Assembly: GCA_963809485.1 (NCBI GenBank)
Contig: CAWEJX010000012.1
Location: 78,185-142,184 of the forward strand
DNA from: an uncultured Acidobacteriota bacterium
GTDB taxonomy: Bacteria; Acidobacteriota; UBA6911
Direction: 5' to 3'
DNA: 64,000 nt
In this document: positions 18,450 through 27,609 of the stretch, one piece after another
Position numbering within the stretch: the stretch's first letter is position 1
Layout: each line of letters opens with the position of its first letter
The notes under the pieces: generated by a model
What the model was told of the DNA's origin: nothing
Database searches by the model: none
Seen by the model: the letters and a program-made list of their open reading frames with translations, nothing else
Made by a program: the position numbers and the translations under genes

Positions 18450-20952
18450 ATGGCGATTGAGTCTGGCAGCAAGTATGCCGAAGAAGTTGGATCATGGCAG
18501 GAAATTCTTATACCTGTCCGTTCCGCGCGGGTTGAAAAGGCCAGGGAAAGAGTGCGCAAAGAAGCCGAAATCTGCCTGGAACGCATTCGAGCCGAACTCA
18601 AGGCCTATAACCAGTATAAAGACCAGCCTTCCATCATTCAGCGAGCCCGCTTCCTTGAGACTTTCCTGAGGGAGAAAAGTGTGCTTATCCAGGAGGATGA
18701 ACTCATTATAGGTACCGTGGGAAGTAAGCCTCGCTCCGCTTTTATAACAACGGCGAATATCGCCTCTATCGAAGAAGAGCTGGATGATCCGGTAAAGGAC
18801 TTCTCAATACGGTCCTATGACAGGATTTTAGTTCATCCTGAGGAGAGAAAAGAACTGAGAGAAGAGATTATTCCGGCCGTTAAAGGCAGTGCCATCTCTC
18901 TTTTCGAGTATAATTTTAAAAATGTCGACCGGGATATTCTCGAACATGCCGCTCCCGGAGTCTCATCCTGTCCGCATATACCTATTATCGGTGACGTATC
19001 GATGGCAAGAGAAGGCGGCCACATGTTCCTCAACTTTGAAAAGGCCCTTTGTAAAGGGCTTAGAGGAATCAAGGAAGAGGTCAGGGAGAAGTTGGCGGAA
19101 CTTGACCAGCCATATCGCGGATTTGACCGAAAACAGAGACGAGAATTTTACGAATCCGTGCTCATCACCCTGAATGCCGCTACGGAATATTTCCAGAAAT
19201 ATGCCGGACGCGCGCGTGAGATGGCAGCAAAAGAAACAGATCCGAAACGAAGGACGGAACTGGAACATATTGCCGAGACATGCGACCGGGTGCCGGAAAA
19301 TCCCGCGCGGGACTGGTGGGAAGCTCTACAGTCCATCTGGTTCCTGTTCACTCTGAGTTGGATGGAACACGCCACTTTTGCAGTACATTTTCTCGGCCGA
19401 ATCGACCAGATTTTGTATCCCTTCTACAAGAAAACCGTAGAAGATGAGAAGAAAATGACCCGGGAAGAAGCTCTGGAGCTTCTGGAATGCTTCCTGGTGA
19501 AATTCAACGAACCAGCCTGGGCACTCAACTACGAGTGGTCGCAATGGGCAACCGGCCAGGGACTTTCCCAGACAATGGTGATCGGCGGACAGACCAGAGA
19601 GGGCAAAGATGCCTGCAACGAGGTTACCATGCTTGTACTGGAAGCTATGGAACAATTGCGTCTGAATCAGCCGGAATTCGCCATGAGGATATGGGAAGGG
19701 ACACCCGATAAATATCTTAAAAAGGCGACCGAGCTTATCCGCCTCGGGCTCGGCTATCCGAAATTCATCGGTGACCGGAAAGGAATTCAGATGGCAGCCA
19801 AGGCCTATCCGGACCTGACAATCGAAGACTGGCGCCAGTTCGCTGTTGCCGGATGTTCGGAGATAGGTCTGCCTTATATCACTATGGATAACGGTTATGA
19901 AGCAATCGCACTGGCCTCCAAGTGGATAGAGCTGGTCTTGAGTAACGGTAAATGCGCGGTATGCGGCAAGCAGATCGGACTGGAAACCGGCGATCCCAGG
20001 AAATTTGAATCTATGGAACAGGTGAAAGAGGCCTACCGCAAACAGGTATTCTACTGGGGCGAGTATATGGCAAAGGCCGAGAAGATTTTCAAGGAAAACC
20101 AGAGCGAATGGTATCCTGCTCCATTCTGCTCGGCCTTTACCGAAGGACCCCTTGACAGAGGGCGAGATATTACCAGGGGCGGCGCCTGGTACACCGTGTA
20201 CGGTTTCCTGCTGGCCAGCATCGCCGACGCAGCGGATTCTCTGGGAGTAATAGACAAGCTTATCTACCGTGATAAAAAGGTTACCTGGGACCAGCTGATT
20301 GAAGCGGTGAATGCCAACTGGGAAGGTTATGAAAACATAAGGCAGCTCTGCGTCAACGGTGTCCCAAAATACGGGAATGACGACGATTACGCCGACGGCT
20401 GGGCAATCTGGGTAGCCGATGTCTGGGCCGACCTTATAGACTGGCTCAATACCAGAAAAGACCTTATGCCGAGGTGGGGAGGCAGATATCTGGCAGGTGG
20501 CCTGGTGGCAATAGCCAGTACCCAGTTCGGAGAATCGATCGGCGCTACACCAAACGGGCGTAAACATCCCATGCCGGTGGCTGATACCTGCTCTCCTGTA
20601 CAGGGTGTCGACCGGAACGGTCCCAGCGCCGTGGTCAAGTCATTCAGTAAATTGCCTACTCACCGGTGGGCGCTCGGCGGTCTGATAAACATCCGGTTAA
20701 ATCCGAATCTGTTTACAACCGATGCTGACCTTGAGAGATTTGCGGCTTTTATTCAGAGCATGTGAAGAGTTAGGTCTGTACCATGTTCAGTTCAATATAA
20801 TTTCTGCGGAACTGCTGCGTAATGCAATGAAAGAACCGGAAAAATACCGGGACCTGCTGGTCCGGGTAGCCAGCTATGTCGCCTACTTTGTTGAGTTGAG
20901 TCCGAACCAGCAGATGGACATCATCAACAGAACCGAGCAACAGAGCTGGTAA
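18450..20952 (+). CDS. Glycyl-radical-enzyme family protein (PFL2 / dehydratase-eliminase type). A +1 frame break lies at about 20760. The radical-Gly position reads Ser.
   Basis: The N-terminal 771 aa are PFL2-like, with a Cys-loop AVAGCSEIG (C-x-E). The C-terminal radical domain lies in ORF 20722..20952: ...EELGLYHVQFNIISAELLRNAMKEPEKYRDLLVRVASYVAYFVELS. Removing base 20760 joins ...AAFIQS to CEELGLY.... Confidence 0.8.
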
Positions 20953-20985
20953 CAGACCAAAAGCGCACCGGGGAGGGGTATCGGC

Positions 20986-21915
20986 TTGACGAATAAATCG
21001 GCTGACCCTGCAAAGAAACGACATGTCCTCAGCATTACCCGGATGACAGTTCATAACGGACCCGGGATACGAACCTTAATACTTCTGAAAGGCTGTCCTT
21101 TACGCTGCATCTGGTGTTCCACACCCGAATCCCGGAAAGAGACCCCGGAAATCGCTTTCTACCCGCATCAGTGTATCCTCTGTAACGACTGTATTCCGGT
21201 CTGTCCGAAGAACGCGATAGCAACCGGTGATAGAGCGGTGGTCATAGACAGGGAGTTATGTGATAACTGCGGGCGGTGCGTCGATGTATGCAACACGGAA
21301 GCCCTGAGGCTCCTGGGACAGCAATATACAGCAGACGAACTCGTCCACGAGGTGATGAAGGACGAAATTGTCCATAAACATTCCGGCGGCGGAGCAACAG
21401 TCTCGGGAGGAGAGCCTCTGCTTGAACCTGAGTTTGCCGCCGAATTGCTCCGCTCTCTTAAGGAGAACGGAATTAATACCGGAGCGGATACCTGCGGTTT
21501 TGTCCCCCGAAAAAATATCGAGGCCGTCCTCCCCTATGTCGATTTTTTTCTCTGGGATATCAAACACATGGATGATGATACCCACCGCAAACTGACCGGA
21601 GTATCCAACCGTCTCATCCTGGACAATCTTTGTTTTGCTTCGGGCAATAATATCCCGGTTTATTTGAAAGTACCCGTGATACCCGGCTGCAATGATTCCG
21701 AGGAAAACCTCAGGGCTGTCTGTAATTTCGCCGGAGACCTGCACTCGCTGGTTGAGATAAACCTCCTGCCGTTGCACCATCTGGGCAAGGCCAGATATGC
21801 TGCTCTGGGCCTCGATTACCCCATAGACGGGATTCCTTTCATTAAGGATGATGTTCTCACGGAGATGAAACGCCTGGCAGAATCATACGGATTAAAATGC
21901 AGCATAATCGGGTAA
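20986..21915 (+). CDS. Glycyl-radical enzyme activating enzyme (radical SAM)
   Basis: HNGPGIRTLILLKGCPLRCIWCSTPE carries the CX3CX2C motif. Two ferredoxin-like Cys clusters follow (CILCNDCIPVCP and CDNCGRCVDVC). The start is TTG after GGGGAGGGG. Confidence 0.85.
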   Translation: MTNKSADPAKKRHVLSITRMTVHNGPGIRTLILLKGCPLRCIWCSTPESRKETPEIAFYPHQCILCNDCIPVCPKNAIATGDRAVVIDRELCDNCGRCVDVCNTEALRLLGQQYTADELVHEVMKDEIVHKHSGGGATVSGGEPLLEPEFAAELLRSLKENGINTGADTCGFVPRKNIEAVLPYVDFFLWDIKHMDDDTHRKLTGVSNRLILDNLCFASGNNIPVYLKVPVIPGCNDSEENLRAVCNFAGDLHSLVEINLLPLHHLGKARYAALGLDYPIDGIPFIKDDVLTEMKRLAESYGLKCSIIG

Positions 21916-21929
21916 CGGAGAAAAAAGAC

Positions 21930-22170
21930 GCAGAATCCCAATATCGACGAATTGCTCTCCGGCTCAATAGATATGCATCTTCATTCCGGTCCGGACGAGA
22001 TTCCGGGGCGCGCGGATGCCGGTGAAACCGCCGAACAGGCTGCCGACGTCGGAATGAAAGCCATCGTGCTGAAAACTACAGTTATCCCACCACCCCGGTG
22101 GCTATCATCGCCCGGGAGATGGCGCCTGAAGTTGAGGTTTTCGACCCTTACAACTGTTCAAAAGGAATAA
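21930..22170 (+). pseudogene. Truncated relic of an amidohydrolase, the N-terminal ~70 aa, paralogous to 13701..14579
   Basis: IDELLSGSIDMHLHSGPDE...AADVGMKAIVLK compares with IIDYDELLSGSIDMHFHPGPDA...AKQAGMKAFVIK. After a -1 shift, YSYPTTPVAIIAREMAPEVEVF compares with HFYPSAPIAMMVNQLVPDFTAF. The next gene then cuts it off. Confidence 0.6.
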
Positions 22171-22192
22171 AGTGGAAGAAAGGAGAGAAATC

Positions 22193-24034
22193 ATGCGACG
22201 TTTTAGAATAGCATTAATCTGTTTATGTGCTCTGGGCATTGTGTTAGCGGTATACGTGGTGACCAAAGGAGGTATAGAGGATGATACCTTAACAAGCAAG
22301 AAAGTAACAGTGCTGAACCCGAGAGGTATAGCTCCTCCAATCGAAATGATACCCATGGCACCCAGGCTTGACACCCTGGAGGGCAAAACAATATACCTCG
22401 CAGGTATAAATTTCCAACCGTTGCATCAAGGCATGATAGAAATCCACAGAATACTCGCCGAAAAATATCCCAAAACCACCTTTATACTCAAGGTCAAAGA
22501 GGGCTCCTACTTGGTTAATGACCAGAAGCTATGGGATGAAATCAAAGAAAAGGGCGACGGAGCGATAGTCGGTATCGGGCAGCTAGACACCAATGCACCG
22601 GCGACTGTCATCTTCTCCTCAATACTGGAAAAAATGGGGATACCCACGGCACCTGTTGTCACCGCAGGGTTTCCGAATCTCACAAGAAGCTTCGCGTACA
22701 AGAAGGGGATGCCTGAACTGCGATTGACTTTTATTCCCCATCCTTTCTCAGCCAGACCAGTCGAAGTACAACGGGAATATATAAAGGGTAAAGATCCCAT
22801 AAGCGGCAAACCAATTATTGAACAAATCGTTGAGGCCCTCACCAAACCGCTAACCGATAAAGAACGAAAGACAGGTACCATAGAAAGACCCATACGAAGA
22901 ATCCTGGGGCCTGATACTCCCGAGAACCTGGCCAAGCTCTTTCTTGAAAACGGATGGACGGACGGTCTTCCGATAATTCTTCCTACGCAAGCAAGGGTAG
23001 CCGCGATGCTCAAGGGAACAAGCCACAAGCCTGATGAAGTAATCGGCATGATGCAGCCCACTCCTCCTAACGAGGCATGGGAAGGCTCTTTAAGGCAACT
23101 TGGCGGTAGTCAGGCGAAAGGAGGAGCTGAATTACCGGTAACGATGCAGCCTTCGCCTCCCTACGAGTCCTGGCAATATACTGTGGAGCATGTCGCTATC
23201 AATGCCGTGATGGCGGGAGCCAGTAAAGAGCATTTTCCTGTTATACTATCTATAGCCTCCACAGGAGTAACCTCATTATTCAGTTCCTGTTCCTCTTTCG
23301 CCAGGATGGTTGTCGCCAACGGGCCAATCCGCAAAGAGATAAAGATGAATTCCGGACTGGCCGCGTTGGGCCCCTTCAATCATGCCAATTCCGTCATCGG
23401 AAGGGCGTGGACGCTGATATCCAAGAATCTGGGAGGCTCGATACCGGGTGAAACATATCTGGGTGATCTGGGTAATGCCCTCAACTACAACAATTTATGT
23501 TTTGCGGAGAATGAAGAGGCACTGCCCGAAGGATGGAGTCCCCTGCATGTGCAGAAAGGCTTCAAACCTGAAGAAAGCGTTGTCAGTATCTTGAGCGGGT
23601 GGAGTTTGATTAATTATGGTGCTTTTAAGCCGTACCCGATTCACGAGGTCGCCAGGAAATTGTTTATAAGCTTTGAAACCAGCGGAGCCAGTATGGGTCG
23701 CCCTACTCTGTTATTAAGTCCCATAACGGCAACAGATCTAAAGAATGAAGGCTTCGAGAGTAAGGAGAAGTTGAGCCAGTGGCTCAAGGAAAATACCTAT
23801 ATGACCCTCTGGAATTACTGGGCGATGAGGCCTAAGGACTTAGCATCCGCTAAAGCAGGAATCGAGCCATTCGCCTCAATGCTAAAACAGTCCCCGGGGG
23901 CATACTCACCGCAAAAATCTCTCGCGCCCAACTCACAGGTTGAGATATTGGTAGTCGGTGGGGGGACCGAGGTATCCTGGCAGGCCGGAGACTTCGGGTA
24001 CATGGTATCCGCATCGGTGGATAAGTGGAGGTAG
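22193..24034 (+). CDS. Two-domain family paralogue with a hydrophobic N-terminal anchor or signal; the U-x-x-C pair is replaced by LDTN
   Basis: MRRFRIALICLCALGIVLAVYVV is followed later by APRLDTLEGKTIYL. ...GDGAIVGIGQ-LDTN-APATVIFSSILEKMGIPTAPVVTAGF aligns residue for residue with the USTC paralogue at 56602. The C-domain has GWTDGLPIILPT, INAVMAGASKEHFPVILS and AENEE. Confidence 0.75.
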   Translation: MRRFRIALICLCALGIVLAVYVVTKGGIEDDTLTSKKVTVLNPRGIAPPIEMIPMAPRLDTLEGKTIYLAGINFQPLHQGMIEIHRILAEKYPKTTFILKVKEGSYLVNDQKLWDEIKEKGDGAIVGIGQLDTNAPATVIFSSILEKMGIPTAPVVTAGFPNLTRSFAYKKGMPELRLTFIPHPFSARPVEVQREYIKGKDPISGKPIIEQIVEALTKPLTDKERKTGTIERPIRRILGPDTPENLAKLFLENGWTDGLPIILPTQARVAAMLKGTSHKPDEVIGMMQPTPPNEAWEGSLRQLGGSQAKGGAELPVTMQPSPPYESWQYTVEHVAINAVMAGASKEHFPVILSIASTGVTSLFSSCSSFARMVVANGPIRKEIKMNSGLAALGPFNHANSVIGRAWTLISKNLGGSIPGETYLGDLGNALNYNNLCFAENEEALPEGWSPLHVQKGFKPEESVVSILSGWSLINYGAFKPYPIHEVARKLFISFETSGASMGRPTLLLSPITATDLKNEGFESKEKLSQWLKENTYMTLWNYWAMRPKDLASAKAGIEPFASMLKQSPGAYSPQKSLAPNSQVEILVVGGGTEVSWQAGDFGYMVSASVDKWR

Positions 24035-24464
24035 AACAGCCGGGAGAGATTGATATGGCAGGGATAGGACTGTCCTCTTCCCGCTAGCTGGCCAAAAAGC
24101 TCGCGAGGTCGAGAGCACGGAAAATTTGGTTTTGCTGGCTATCCATGCGAGTAAGAGTACGCTCGGAGCGCGGGCGGCCACCGATATTGAGCTTTTCGGC
24201 GGGATGAGCAGGATAATAATTTGTGATTTCCTTGATCCTTTTGAGCTGCTCCTTCATGCGCGACTGCGGCAATTCTGCATGCTCGGGTCTGCGAGGGGGG
24301 GCGGTCGTTGATAGGTTAGGGTGTTCCTATTCGGGCACACAGCCGGAAACGTCCGATGCAGACAAGACGACATCTAAAGACCCTATTGTGGCTTCCCCTA
24401 CTCGGCGGGTCAAGATAGTAGCGTGTATTAGTTACAAAGTCGAACACGAAGAAAGGAGAAAGTG

Positions 24465-25703
24465 ATGTCTGAAGAAAAGAAAATAACGGCAATAACCAAT
24501 GGCAGATTAATCGATGGTACAGGCGCCGACCCTGTTAATAACGCGACGGTCATTATCGAGGGATCGACAATCAAGAAAGTGGAAAAGCGTCAAGAAATTC
24601 CCAAGGGTGCCGCAGTCCTGGATGTTTCCGGGAAGACAGTGATGCCGGGGCTGATAAACGCGCATTTGCACCTGGCGGGAGGCGCTTCCGGGACTGGACC
24701 GTCTCCGTACCGCCCCAGAGAAGTCGCAATGTTCAAAGCGGCAGATGATGCCAAGATTATGCTGGCATCGGGATTCACGACTGTGAAGGACTGCGCGGGG
24801 AGAAACGCCCCGTTCCTGAAGCAGGCAGTCAAAGAGGGCGTCCTGACAGGGCTTCCTCGCATCGTTGCTGCCTGTTGTGTATTGAGCCAGACAGGTGGTC
24901 CGCAGGATCAAGCATCCAAAGGCGGGAAATCTCGTGATGCACGGGAAAATGATGAGGCAGAGTTTCTCATTTGTGACGGCGTGGACGAGTGTGTTAAGGC
25001 TTCTCGCTACTCTCTGCGCTTAGGTGCGGACTTCATTAAGGTCTTTGCCAGTCTGAATTATTTCCATCCGAATCACGATTCTCCAAGCGGTGTCACATTC
25101 AGTATGGAGGAGATGGAGGCTTTTGTGAAGACAGCCGCCCAGGTTGGCAAGTTCGTCACCGTTCATTCTCAGAATCGCCATAGTTCAAAGCTTGCCATAC
25201 TTGCCGGGGTAAAGACCATCGACCACGCCAGCGGGTCGGATGACGAAGTCGTGTCATTGGGAAAGACCCACGGTTCTATTTTCGTTTCGACTCTCGCATA
25301 TCTCAGGGTGATGCTTGATGGAAAACTAGCCTCTCAAGCATCAGCAATGATACAAAAGGAGTGGGATGTTTCCGTTGAGGCGTACAGGAAAATGCACGAT
25401 GCGGGAGTTGTCCTGGCGGCCGGCACCGATAGCTTCGGAGACACGAGAGAAGGTGCGATGGAAATTGAATTGTTGACGAAATATTGCAGTTTCACCCCGA
25501 TGGAAGCAATTGTGGCTGCGACCAAACGCGGAGCCGAAGCCTGTTTTATGGGTGATAAGACGGGGACGATAGAGACAGGTAAGTACGCCGATATTATCGT
25601 TGTCGACGGCGACCCGCTGTCGAACATCAAGATATTGCAGGATGTCAATAAGATTAAAATAGTGATGTTGGAAGGCGACATCTGTGTCGATCGCGGGCTT
25701 TAA
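24465..25703 (+). CDS. Amidohydrolase-family protein (imidazolonepropionase / Xaa-Pro dipeptidase-like fold)
   Basis: The ORF is about 412 aa. TVMPGLINAHLHL is the H-x-H metal site. HS and DH motifs occur later, and the C-terminus has the typical ADIIVVDGDPL. Confidence 0.7.
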   Translation: MSEEKKITAITNGRLIDGTGADPVNNATVIIEGSTIKKVEKRQEIPKGAAVLDVSGKTVMPGLINAHLHLAGGASGTGPSPYRPREVAMFKAADDAKIMLASGFTTVKDCAGRNAPFLKQAVKEGVLTGLPRIVAACCVLSQTGGPQDQASKGGKSRDARENDEAEFLICDGVDECVKASRYSLRLGADFIKVFASLNYFHPNHDSPSGVTFSMEEMEAFVKTAAQVGKFVTVHSQNRHSSKLAILAGVKTIDHASGSDDEVVSLGKTHGSIFVSTLAYLRVMLDGKLASQASAMIQKEWDVSVEAYRKMHDAGVVLAAGTDSFGDTREGAMEIELLTKYCSFTPMEAIVAATKRGAEACFMGDKTGTIETGKYADIIVVDGDPLSNIKILQDVNKIKIVMLEGDICVDRGL

Positions 25704-25919
25704 GCCCTAAAAATGAGATAAATCGACCTCATAGAGGATTAGCCTGTCGAGAGCATCGAGGTCGGGCGATGGGCTCCCGAGAGCATGCCTGATTTTTGAA
25801 GATCTGAGATGTGTCGACATCAGAAAAGCTGGATCTTGGGAGGATGATAAAGATACTCCGGGAAGGTGGAAGACTGGGCACTGTATAAAAAATGTATCCA
25901 TCCATGGGAGGAACCGCAG

Positions 25920-26995
25920 ATGAAACATTTAAACAGTATGCAAAAACTATTGATATTCATTAGCTATATCCTAATGGTCTGCGGGAGCGCCGCTATCGCG
26001 GATGATCGTCCAGACTCCGGGGGTATTACATATCTTCAGGGCCCCAGGAATGCCGAGGATATCCAACCGCTTGGTGATTCTCAGTGGTTGGTTACCTCCG
26101 GCTTGAACGGCCAGGCTTCAAAAACGGATGATAACGGCCATATCTACTTGGTCAATCGCAAAGAGAAGACATTCGAAGAATTCTTTCCGGGGGTAACGCC
26201 ACAATTTAATCACGATAAGGTAATGTTCAATGCCTGCCCAGGCCCGATAAACCCTAATAAATTTTCCGCCCATGGACTGGCCGTGCGGAAACGATCGTCC
26301 GGGCTTTATCGCCTGTACGTCGTCAATCATGGAGAAAGAGAAGCCATAGAAGTATTTAATATTGACGCTAAAAGGCAAAAAGCCAGCGATTAGTTGGGCG
26401 GGTTGTGTATTATTACCCAAAGAGATCATGGCGAACAGTGTCGCTATTCTTTCAGATGGTGGATTTTTAGACGACCAAGTATTTCGATCCGACTGTGCCG
26501 AATTCCATCAAAGAGCTCGTCCGGGGCAAGATCACCGGTGGTGTTTATGAATGGCATCCCGGCGGAACCGTTAAAGCCCTACACGGTACGGAGCTATCCG
26601 GCGCAAACGGGATCGCGGTATCTCCGGATGGTGAATGGGTCTATGTGACGGCCTTTGGTACACGCGAGATAGCCCGTTTTAACCGTACAAAAAGTCCTAT
26701 TACAATGGAGAAAGTTAAGATCGACATCATGCCTGATAACATCCGTTGGGGTGATGATGGCATGCTTTATATCGCGGGTAATAATTATGTACCGCCTGAG
26801 CAATGCCCAAAACCACCCTGTCGGACTGGATGGTCCGTATTTAGTATCCACCCTGAAACCTTGGAATTGAAACGAGTAACCGGTGTTGATCAAACGGCAA
26901 CTTTGCAGAATGCCACCACGGCACTTGCAGTGGGTAATGAGATATGGGTGGGAACCTACTCGGGTGATAGGATTGGTTATTTACCGAAGCCTTAA
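25920..26995 (+). CDS. Exported SMP-30/gluconolactonase/arylesterase-like beta-propeller protein; two +1 frame breaks, near 26372 and 26470
   Basis: The signal peptide is MKHLNSMQKLLIFISYILMVCGSAAIA. Three consecutive +1-shifted ORFs (25866.., 26362.., 26495..) join into one protein with propeller-like repeats (GANGIAVSPDGEWVYVT, PDNIRWGDDGMLYIAG). Confidence 0.55.
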
Positions 26996-27022
26996 AGGCA
27001 GTTCAATATAATGGGAGGTCTT

Positions 27023-27361
27023 ATGAGTATCAACAGATCAAGGAGGAGCTTTCTAAAGGCTGCGGGTGGGGGATTATTATTGCCTGCCGCCGGATGTGCA
27101 TCAACAACGGGCCCCAAAGCCGCATCTCAACCGCCTGCAAACGTTGTCAATCACACTTTCGGCAAAGCAGGCCCGAAGGTTTGCGGAGTAGCCTGCGGGC
27201 TCGGCTTCGTGCCTCTGACGGAAGAGGCCTCCCGTGCCTTGGAAATGGGGATTAATTACTGCGATGCATCAGGAGATTACGGCGACAGCGAAAGGATCTT
27301 ATCAGACATGACAAAAGGCCGGAATCGGGTGTACGCCCCGTATTACATGATATATTCGTGA
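27023..27361 (+). pseudogene. Truncated aldo/keto-reductase-like gene fragment with a Tat-type signal
   Basis: MSINRSRRSFLKAAGGGLLLPAAG carries the twin-Arg motif. EMGINYCDASGDYGDSERIL resembles the AKR N-terminal motif. The reading frame ends after about 112 aa and I found no continuation. Confidence 0.4.
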
Positions 27362-27609
27362 AACCACAGCATATTTCATTACCTGGAAAAGTGCGGAGGC
27401 ATGGAAGGCCGGCGCCTATTTTCCGGATAAAGCCAAGCAAGTGTGACCTGGAGCCGGCATTATTCGTCCTTCTGGAATGAGTCCATGGCATTATGCGAGA
27501 TGTTTCTCCCCGAATGGGGAGGAGAGTCCCCAGATAGAATATAAGTACTATCAAGCCGCCACGGGGAAAAACGGTTCTCAATCTTCAGACTGCTTGGAAG
27601 GAGGAAGAA

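Noticed and set aside
19326-20567. A 413-aa ORF on the minus strand.
   Set aside because: It is entirely antisense to the well-supported GRE gene. It has low-complexity, Gly/Pro/Arg-rich composition and no recognisable motifs. It is a typical shadow ORF of a GC-rich coding region.
24084-24272. A 62-aa minus-strand ORF in the 427-bp gap after 24034, as a possible transposase or antitoxin fragment.
   Set aside because: I could identify no diagnostic motif. The gap has ORFs of similar length in several frames. The evidence is insufficient.
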